Source: Clostridia bacterium
Lineage (GTDB): Bacteria > Bacillota > Clostridia > UMGS1883
DNA length: 64,000 nucleotides
Direction: 5' to 3'
Assembly (NCBI GenBank): GCA_017451505.1
Contig: JAFTOF010000002.1
Location: 1,042 to 65,041 of the forward strand
Shown in pieces: positions 57,743-64,000 of the stretch. The position numbers and the translations under genes are program-made. The notes below the pieces were generated by a model. That model was not told the origin of the DNA, did not search any database, and saw only the letters and a list, made by a program, of their open reading frames with translations. Each line of letters opens with the position of its first letter. Position 1 is the stretch's first letter.

Positions 57743-58322
57743 TGTAAGCCTTACAATATCGGCAGTTTCGCCAAAGCAATATCCCGATACCCAATTTCCC
57801 GATATTGCATTTGCAGGGCGAAGCAATGTGGGAAAAAGTTCATTTATTAATAAGATGCTTAATCGCAAAAGCCTTGCCAGAACCAGTTCAAAGCCCGGTA
57901 AAACCGCAACAATTAATTTCTACAATATTGACGATACATTGAATTTCGTTGATTTACCCGGTTACGGTTACGCAAAGGTAAGTAAGGATGAAAAGAAAAA
58001 ATGGGGCAATATGATTGAAACATATCTTGACAGCCGTGAAACGCTTGCCTGCACTGTTCTTCTCGTTGATGCAAGGCATAAGCCTACAAATGATGACTTG
58101 ATTATGCTTAACTACATTCGCGAAAGACACGGATTTGCTTTTGTGGTTGCTACCAAGTGCGACAAAATTGCTAAAACAAAGCTTAATGAGCATCTTGATG
58201 AAATCTACTACACGCTGGAGCTTGAGGATGATGACATTATGATGCCCTTCAGTGCGGAAACAGGTATGGGAAGCGAGGATATCTGGGAAGCCATTTATGA
58301 GGTTTGCGAGATAAAAATATGA
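57729..58322 (+). CDS. engB: Ribosome biogenesis GTP-binding protein YsxC/EngB
   Basis: 197 aa with [20 protein letters not shown] and TKCDK, in the conserved lon-ysxC order. Confidence 0.92.
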   Translation: MNIHNVSLTISAVSPKQYPDTQFPDIAFAGRSNVGKSSFINKMLNRKSLARTSSKPGKTATINFYNIDDTLNFVDLPGYGYAKVSKDEKKKWGNMIETYLDSRETLACTVLLVDARHKPTNDDLIMLNYIRERHGFAFVVATKCDKIAKTKLNEHLDEIYYTLELEDDDIMMPFSAETGMGSEDIWEAIYEVCEIKI

Positions 58323-58330
58323 TTTTATTA

Positions 58331-58351
58331 TGTAAAATGAATAATTTTACA
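58331..58351. promoter_or_regulatory. Palindromic candidate operator upstream of rubrerythrin
   Basis: TGTAAAAT-gaata-ATTTTACA (8-bp perfect arms), 35 nt upstream of the rbr ATG. AT-rich Fur-family (PerR-like) style. Confidence 0.4.
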
Positions 58352-58385
58352 TTTAAAAAAAATAATATTAAATGAGGTGTTTTAA

Positions 58386-58919
58386 ATGAAATTTGAAGGA
58401 ACAAAAACCGAAAAAAATCTTCTTGCCGCATTTGCAGGTGAATCACAGGCAAGAAACAAGTACACTTATTTTGCATCAGTTGCAAAAAAAGAAGGCTACC
58501 AGCAGATAGCCGCAATCTTTGAAGAAACTGCAAATAACGAAAAAGAGCATGCAAAGCTTTGGTTCAAGGCTCTTGAGCTTCTCGGCGGCACAAAGGAAAA
58601 CCTCCTTGCAGCAGCAGAGGGCGAAAACTACGAATGGACAGATATGTATAAGACCTTTGCGGAAGAAGCTGAGGAAGAAGGCTTCACAGCTCTTGCAGCA
58701 CAGTTCAGAGCCGTTGCCGCAATCGAAAAGACACACGAGGAAAGATATCGTGCACTTCTCAGCAATGTGGAAATGCAGAAGGTATTTGAAAAGGCAGAGG
58801 AAGCAATCTGGGAATGCAGAAACTGCGGTCACCTTGTAATGGGTAAAAAGGCTCCTCAGGTTTGCCCCGTATGTGCTCATCCTCAGGCATATTTTGAAAT
58901 CAGAAAAGAAAATTATTAA
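58386..58919 (+). CDS. rbr: Rubrerythrin
   Basis: 177 aa with diiron ferritin-like motifs (E..A...Y, EKEHAK, EKTHEE) and a C-terminal rubredoxin-like CRNCG...CPVC. Confidence 0.92.
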   Translation: MKFEGTKTEKNLLAAFAGESQARNKYTYFASVAKKEGYQQIAAIFEETANNEKEHAKLWFKALELLGGTKENLLAAAEGENYEWTDMYKTFAEEAEEEGFTALAAQFRAVAAIEKTHEERYRALLSNVEMQKVFEKAEEAIWECRNCGHLVMGKKAPQVCPVCAHPQAYFEIRKENY

Positions 58920-58997
58920 GGCGTGCCGCTTCAGCCTCGTCGCGTACCGACTAAGGCTAAAGTTTGACAAAAGCTACTCGCGATTAAATCACGCAAA
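58918..58997 (+). repeat. Stop-proximal repeat family, full copy C
   Basis: AAGGCGTGCCGCTTCAGCCTCGTCGCGTACCGACTAAGG...ACTCGCGATTAAATCACGCAA. It starts within the rbr TAA. Confidence 0.75.
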
Positions 58998-59009
58998 TTT
59001 TTATATGAT

Positions 59010-59038
59010 AAAAAACGGCTCAATATGAGCCGTTTTTT
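59010..59038. terminator. Bidirectional intrinsic terminator
   Basis: aaaaaacggctc/aatat/gagccgtttttt. Confidence 0.85.
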
Positions 59039-59125
59039 ACTTGGGCTTTTTTACCTCAAGCTATTGAAAACAGGTGTTGTTTGTGATAGAATTAGGCAGA
59101 AGTCACCGAAGGGAGATGACAAAAT

Positions 59126-59674
59126 ATGTTCTTCAAAAAACCGGTTAATAAAGTTGATAAAATTGAATCTCTATATCATTCATACGGAAAACTGTTGTTT
59201 GTCGTGGCATTTGAAATACTTGAAAATCAACATGCGGCAGAAGATGCCATACATGAAACCTTTGAAATATTACTTAGGGGCAATTTAGAAAAAATTGCCC
59301 AACCAGAGTCTATTGCAACACGAAACTACCTGTGCACAATATGCCGTAACGTTGCCCTTAAACTTTATAATAAACAAAAAAGGCATGATTTGAATAATAC
59401 AGACGAAATTGAGCTTTCCCCCAAAAACGTGTTTACTCCGGAAGAGCTGGTGCTGAATAAGGAGGCTGTAAAAAATGTTTCGGATGCTATATATCATATG
59501 GATATTAAATACAGAGAGGTTCTTTTGCTTTCAAGAGTACATAAATTGAGCATAACTGAAATTTCCGAAATTACAGGGTTACAATCCGAAACTGTCAAAA
59601 AGCGTTTACAACGAGCTAAGCACATACTAAAAAAAGAATTGGAAAGGAGGAAAAGCATAAATGAAAAGTGTTGA
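59126..59674 (+). CDS. RNA polymerase sigma-70 family (ECF-type) sigma factor
   Basis: 182 aa with region 2 (AEDAIHETFEILL...YLCTICRNVALKLY) and a region 4 HTH (LSITEISEITGLQSETVKKRLQRAK). Confidence 0.8.
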   Translation: MFFKKPVNKVDKIESLYHSYGKLLFVVAFEILENQHAAEDAIHETFEILLRGNLEKIAQPESIATRNYLCTICRNVALKLYNKQKRHDLNNTDEIELSPKNVFTPEELVLNKEAVKNVSDAIYHMDIKYREVLLLSRVHKLSITEISEITGLQSETVKKRLQRAKHILKKELERRKSINEKC

Positions 59675-60371
59675 TAATTTATATAGCAATGCAGTAGAAA
59701 ATTCTATTGACAAGGCTTTTGAAGCTGTGATTGATGAAGCCACAGTTTTAGCTGATGAAAGAATCTGCATTGAATATGATTTAGAGAAATCACAAGTAGA
59801 ATTTTCTCAGGAGCACACAAAAAAAATGAAGGCACTTTTCAGTCGCGAACGGCGTAAGCAAAAATTGCTCAAGGCTATGGTTTATACTAAAAGAGCGGCC
59901 TGTTTCCTCCTGATATTCGCCGCGATAATGACAGTGGCTGTTTTTTCCGTAGAAGCTTGGAGAATAAAATTCATGAATTTTATTTTTGATGCCGATGCCC
60001 CTGATACAAAAATAAGCTTCACAGATAAAAAGCAAGGAGAAATATACGATGGTATGGTAGACCTTAAGTATATTCCGGAGGGATTTGTTTCAGAGGAAAG
60101 CAGTGTTTCCAGCAGGATGGTGAGCTTATCTTTCTTAAACAAGGATAAATATTTTCAATTTAGACTTGGTAAACTTGATGTAAATTCCGCAGTAGATACT
60201 GAAAATGCCGTTGTGGAAAACATTACGATAAATGGCTATGATGGCATCTATATATCAAAGACGGATAGAAATATGCTGATATGGCATAATAGTTCATATA
60301 CTTATCGAATTACAGCAAACATTGAAAAAGACGAAATAATTAAAATTGCTGAAAATATTATAGTTAAATAG
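59661..60371 (+). CDS. Anti-sigma factor-like membrane protein (DUF4367-like C-terminal domain)
   Basis: 236 aa overlapping the sigma gene by 14 nt. It has a single TM helix (AACFLLIFAAIMTVAVFSV). The extracytoplasmic tail INGYDGIYISK...LIWHNSSYTYRITANIEKDEIIKIAENI fits my memory of the DUF4367 pattern. Confidence 0.65.
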   Translation: MKSVDNLYSNAVENSIDKAFEAVIDEATVLADERICIEYDLEKSQVEFSQEHTKKMKALFSRERRKQKLLKAMVYTKRAACFLLIFAAIMTVAVFSVEAWRIKFMNFIFDADAPDTKISFTDKKQGEIYDGMVDLKYIPEGFVSEESSVSSRMVSLSFLNKDKYFQFRLGKLDVNSAVDTENAVVENITINGYDGIYISKTDRNMLIWHNSSYTYRITANIEKDEIIKIAENIIVK

Positions 60372-60503
60372 TAACATAGTAAAGCGCAAACCGGTAAACG
60401 GTATGCGTTTTATTTTTTTACAAAAATTTTAGAAATTTTGTCCCCTTTTTAGCTTTTCGAGGATTATTATATATGAAATCTAAAATGAAAGGGGATTTTT
60501 TCC

Positions 60504-60953
60504 ATGAAAAAATCAAACAAAAACTATGTTAAACGCATTACTTCCCTTATTGTTGCAACAGTAGGCTGTGCATCAATGTCAATAACTGCTTTAAACACCT
60601 TTGCTGCTACTCCGGTAAGTAATGCAAGTATTGTAGCACCTGCAAATATTATTATTACCTCCACCGAAAACGATTTCGTACTTAAATCCGGAGGAATATT
60701 TGAGTGCTACGGAGAAACAAATGTACCTGTAGGATATACCGCATATGTATCAGTTGCATTACAGCAAAAAGGAAGTAGTTGGAGTTCAATTAAAACCTGG
60801 AGCGATAAAGGAGGCTCCAATGCATTTGTAGATGAAAAATACGCCGTTGCAAAAGGCTATTCCTATCGTCTAAAGCTTACTCACAAGGCGTACGACAGCA
60901 ACGGCAACTTGATTGAGACAATAACCAAATACAGTGATGTAATTAATTATTAA
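60504..60953 (+). CDS. Small secreted hypothetical protein
   Basis: 149 aa with a signal peptide (...SITALNTFAA) and a beta-rich mature part. Good RBS (AAAGGGGA). Confidence 0.6.
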   Translation: MKKSNKNYVKRITSLIVATVGCASMSITALNTFAATPVSNASIVAPANIIITSTENDFVLKSGGIFECYGETNVPVGYTAYVSVALQQKGSSWSSIKTWSDKGGSNAFVDEKYAVAKGYSYRLKLTHKAYDSNGNLIETITKYSDVINY

Positions 60954-61083
60954 TTTTGTTCTTTACCTATATGTGAGGTGATTCCGTTGCACAATATATG
61001 AGAAAACAACTAAGCCTTAAAATTCAACTCTAAGTGGTTGAAAAAAACGAAATCTTATGATAAAGTAAAGGAGAAAAGATTAT

Positions 61084-62172
61084 ATGAAAAAAATAATAGC
61101 AATTTTAACAAGCTTGGTTTTATTAGCCGTTTCTGCATCGGCAGAGACTACCAAAGCTACTACAAATCAATTTGAATTATCGCTTAGCAAGGAAACGCTC
61201 AGTTTTTTGTCTGCTCATAATGTTGATTTAGAATCACTGTCTGTTAATGCACAAACAAGAGCTTCGTTCTCTGAAAATTGTTTGTCTATCTCTGAATATT
61301 ATGAAAGTGCAATTAAATCTATCCAAAAAGAGGCAGAAGTGTATGGTTTTACTTCTAAGCAAATAGAAAACTACATAAATGCTACGCTATCGTCCACCCC
61401 AAAAATATTAAGAAGCAAAGCAGATGCCGAAAAGGAAGCCTTGGAAGATAAAGCTTCACCCCTCGATTATTATGCTGATAATAAACCTAAGGAAGATGGA
61501 ATTGGTTGGGAGGTAAAATCCTTACCTCAATTTTCCCACGCAACTACATTTGTGACATTACCAACTGTACAGAATAAAACCAGCAATGCTGCCCCTTATT
61601 TATTTTATACCGTTGCAAATCCTAATGAAAGCTGGGGAATAGACTTAGGCGTAGGATATGAATATGGAGATACCGGACTGAAATGGAGAGGCTTCCATAA
61701 AACAACCGGGAATAAATTGCAGTATGACAAAAACGCTGAAATAATGTCAAACAATCTATACTTTAAAGCATTTCTTTATCCTGAAGACCACGAGTATTAT
61801 GGATATTTAAATTTCACTGTGTGCGATGGCGATGATATAGATACTATTTATTTTAATTATCTATACTATGTGGCTGACCATAATATATATCCTATCAATG
61901 GCACTTTTATAAAACAAGTTACGCTGTGTGATAATCTGAAACAATATAATTGTGGAATGAAAATATTAAACGCTCAATTTTCGCAGTCATATTTATATTC
62001 AACTCCTAATAACACTAACAGCTTAATGCTTCCGTCGAACTGTGAGGACGGGGAAACTGCGAACGAACCAAACAGATGCGGCAAGTTTGGAACAAATAGC
62101 AATAATGCGGAACAAGTAACACAAAACTCCAGTACAAAGTGGCACACTGAAAACATATCAATATCATTCTAA
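61084..62172 (+). CDS. Secreted hypothetical protein
   Basis: 362 aa with a signal peptide (LLAVSASAET) and RBS AAGGAG. No domain recognised. Confidence 0.65.
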   Translation: MKKIIAILTSLVLLAVSASAETTKATTNQFELSLSKETLSFLSAHNVDLESLSVNAQTRASFSENCLSISEYYESAIKSIQKEAEVYGFTSKQIENYINATLSSTPKILRSKADAEKEALEDKASPLDYYADNKPKEDGIGWEVKSLPQFSHATTFVTLPTVQNKTSNAAPYLFYTVANPNESWGIDLGVGYEYGDTGLKWRGFHKTTGNKLQYDKNAEIMSNNLYFKAFLYPEDHEYYGYLNFTVCDGDDIDTIYFNYLYYVADHNIYPINGTFIKQVTLCDNLKQYNCGMKILNAQFSQSYLYSTPNNTNSLMLPSNCEDGETANEPNRCGKFGTNSNNAEQVTQNSSTKWHTENISISF

Positions 62173-62208
62173 AATGAATATATCACATGTTAAGGCGGTG
62201 GATTTTCT

Positions 62209-63105
62209 ATGAAATATGCAAAAATAATTTTAGGAATAATTTCTATGGTTCTTTGTTTGCAGATACAAGGTTTAGCATCAGATGTCTATGTCACAATTCC
62301 GGAATTTGATATTACCCTTAACGGGGAGATTCTTGATAGCGAAAACAGTGAATATCCTGCGATTATATACAAGAATATTACCTATATTCCTCTTTCATGG
62401 AACATGAGTCAATTTATGGGGATTGTAACAGAGTTTGAGCCTTACGGATACAATGCTGTCCGCCCTGACAGATTTTATGTAGGAAACAGTGCAACTCGTT
62501 CAGAAACCCTTGTGCTTGATATTGCAACAGACAAAAATTGTCGAGAAAAGGAATATTCCGCCACTATTGCAGATTATCAAATTTATATAGGTAATGGTGT
62601 CAGTGTTAAAAATTCTATTAAGGAGCATCCTTTTCTGAATTTCCGTGGGGTAACATATCTTCCGCTTACTTGGGAATATGCCTATGATGTGTTTGACTGG
62701 GACTATAGCTTTGATAATGAAAAAGGACTTATTATAAATACGGTTGATGCTGTTCGTCCGGAGTGGAATTACTGGCAATTATGGAACACCTCTCCACACG
62801 GAGAATATGATAAATATTTGTTCGGACGCCGTTGGTATATAGGTTATCCTGATGACACTTATGGCGAAACAGATGACTTTGTGATAAAACGGCAGGGAGA
62901 GGAAGAAAAACGTTTTAACATTAAAGAAAAGCTTTTCGAACTCCATATATCATATCTCGCAACCCAGCCCCTTAATGAGTTTTCATGGATAGCAAAAGAA
63001 CCAACCTTTGACGGAAGGTATCTTGAAATCCACTGCCGGAACGGCAATATTCCTATAATTTTAACAATTGATATGGATAGCGGAGAAATTGTAAATGTCA
63101 AGTAA
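62209..63105 (+). CDS. Secreted hypothetical protein, paralogue 1 (stalk-like repeats)
   Basis: 298 aa with a signal peptide. Contains two I.LNG......YP......ITY.PL-type segments. Clear similarity to the next ORF (EHPFLNFRGVTYLPLTWEY...DW.YSFDNEKGL versus EFPFLMFRGIKYLPLTYKF...DWSITFDAEKGL). Confidence 0.65.
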   Translation: MKYAKIILGIISMVLCLQIQGLASDVYVTIPEFDITLNGEILDSENSEYPAIIYKNITYIPLSWNMSQFMGIVTEFEPYGYNAVRPDRFYVGNSATRSETLVLDIATDKNCREKEYSATIADYQIYIGNGVSVKNSIKEHPFLNFRGVTYLPLTWEYAYDVFDWDYSFDNEKGLIINTVDAVRPEWNYWQLWNTSPHGEYDKYLFGRRWYIGYPDDTYGETDDFVIKRQGEEEKRFNIKEKLFELHISYLATQPLNEFSWIAKEPTFDGRYLEIHCRNGNIPIILTIDMDSGEIVNVK

Positions 63106-63259
63106 TTTGCGAAAGACTTCAATTCTCCGTTAGAGCAGTTTGGGGACGAGGCAGATTCCACTAACGTATATAAAGTAACAATTAATGACCACGAAGAATG
63201 GTGGGAAGACGATATAAGCATAGATTTTGATTAACTTTTTTAAGGGTGTGACTGAATTC

Positions 63260-64000
63260 ATGAAAAAACTTTCAATCATTTTGAGTTGCATATTAATTTT
63301 ACAAGCATTTTTTGCGGCAAGTATATATGCAAAGTCAAGTCAAGTTAATGTTATAACCCCTCCGTTTCAGGTCACAATAAATGATACCGTTATTGATTCT
63401 CCAGGCAGTGACTATCCCCTACTATTTTTTGACGGAATAGTTTATTACCCGTTGACTTACTACGGAAATAAATTTGCAGGCTTACAAATTTATAATTTAT
63501 CCAAGGAAAGCCTCCGTCTGATGGGAGACAGCGATATAACCTTTGTGGGCAATTCTCAAATAACAGAGAATGAATATTTTAGTTATGCAGGAAATTATAA
63601 AAACTCCCCTGTCATGAGTGCTGACATTTTAGACGGACGTATTGCATTAAACGAATTAAGGTTAAGTAAGTTTATCGAAAATGAAAAAAATGAATTTCCG
63701 TTTTTGATGTTCCGCGGAATTAAATATTTGCCTTTAACCTACAAATTTGCCACTGAGCAGCTCGACTGGAGCATTACATTTGATGCAGAGAAAGGATTGA
63801 ATATTGATTCTCGTGATGCAAACAGGCCTTTTCTCAATCCTTCACATATTTCACGTGGGAATAATTTAGGAATGACCGAATATGTTTACGGAGAGAATGC
63901 ATATGCAGGATATCCTCCAAACACATTAAACGGGAATTATACGTTTATTTACAAGGAGAAAGGGCAGGATGCAAAATCGTTCTCCCTTTCCGAAAGCAAT
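63260..64000 (+). CDS. Secreted hypothetical protein, paralogue 2 (3' end beyond the window)
   Basis: Not in the ORF track because it has no stop inside the window. ATG at 63260, then MKKLSIILSCILILQAFFAASIYA, open for 247 codons to the window edge. Confidence 0.65.
   Translation, partial: MKKLSIILSCILILQAFFAASIYAKSSQVNVITPPFQVTINDTVIDSPGSDYPLLFFDGIVYYPLTYYGNKFAGLQIYNLSKESLRLMGDSDITFVGNSQITENEYFSYAGNYKNSPVMSADILDGRIALNELRLSKFIENEKNEFPFLMFRGIKYLPLTYKFATEQLDWSITFDAEKGLNIDSRDANRPFLNPSHISRGNNLGMTEYVYGENAYAGYPPNTLNGNYTFIYKEKGQDAKSFSLSESN

Noticed and set aside
61500-61720. WGIDLGVGYEY in the 362-aa secreted protein vaguely recalls the WVGIDG motif of glutamic (G1) peptidases
   Set aside because: It is a single short motif with different surrounding sequence. 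I cannot identify the catalytic Gln/Glu context, so this is not enough to make a call.
1-64000. Scan for rRNA, tRNA, CRISPR arrays, transposases, integrases, phage genes, toxin-antitoxin pairs and known defence-system genes
   Set aside because: None was recognised by eye in any intergenic gap or ORF translation. The AbrB-fold proteins are regulators (abrB, spoVT), not MazE-type antitoxins with a partner toxin.

Overview
The window looks like a chromosomal segment from an endospore-forming Firmicute, probably Clostridia-like. It is AT-rich (about 40% GC by eye), carries spoIVA, spoVT, abrB and a SpoIID-like gene, and encodes an SLH-domain wall protein. All calls come from reading the sequence and ORF translations only; no searches were run.

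Most of the window is housekeeping:
- a mannose-type sugar cluster (DJ-1/PfpI, ROK kinase, PMI-like isomerase, AraC regulator)
- feoA-feoB plus an unlisted Cys-rich mini-gene
- a 4x LysM wall protein, and cvpA
- ecfA1-ecfA2-ecfT-truA
- a methyltransferase and degV
- an ABC / DUF1854-like / ABC trio
- queA and a SpoIID-like gene
- a lysine-pathway block (dapA, dapB, asd and a second dapA) with a hemolysin III-family (PAQR) gene interleaved between dapB and asd
- tilS-hpt-ftsH and yybS-gdpP-rplI-dnaB
- an orphan PqqD-like gene, a ynbB-like gene and copA
- uxaB-uxaA, an SLH protein and an NhaC-type transporter
- deoD, birA, spoIVA, vanZ and spoVT
- an ACT + PFL(UPF0210) pair, then abrB
- a PrsA-like foldase, lon, engB and rubrerythrin

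The right end (59.1-64 kb) is the most accessory-looking part. It holds an ECF-type sigma factor, a DUF4367-like anti-sigma factor and four signal-peptide proteins, including a tandem paralogue pair.

The most interesting signals are non-coding:
1. An orientation-locked repeat family begins 0-6 nt after stop codons. There are three full copies and one short copy.
2. A 284-bp MITE-like element with 24/29-matching terminal inverted repeats sits between ecfA1 and ecfA2 and supplies the ecfA1 stop codon.
3. A clear lysine riboswitch (L-box) controls the NhaC-type transporter, while the lysine biosynthesis genes here have none.
4. DtxR/IdeR-like palindromes lie in the feo locus.
5. The two dapA copies have a 95% identical 5' block against roughly 70% identity elsewhere.

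I recognised no rRNA, tRNA, CRISPR array, transposase or phage genes.
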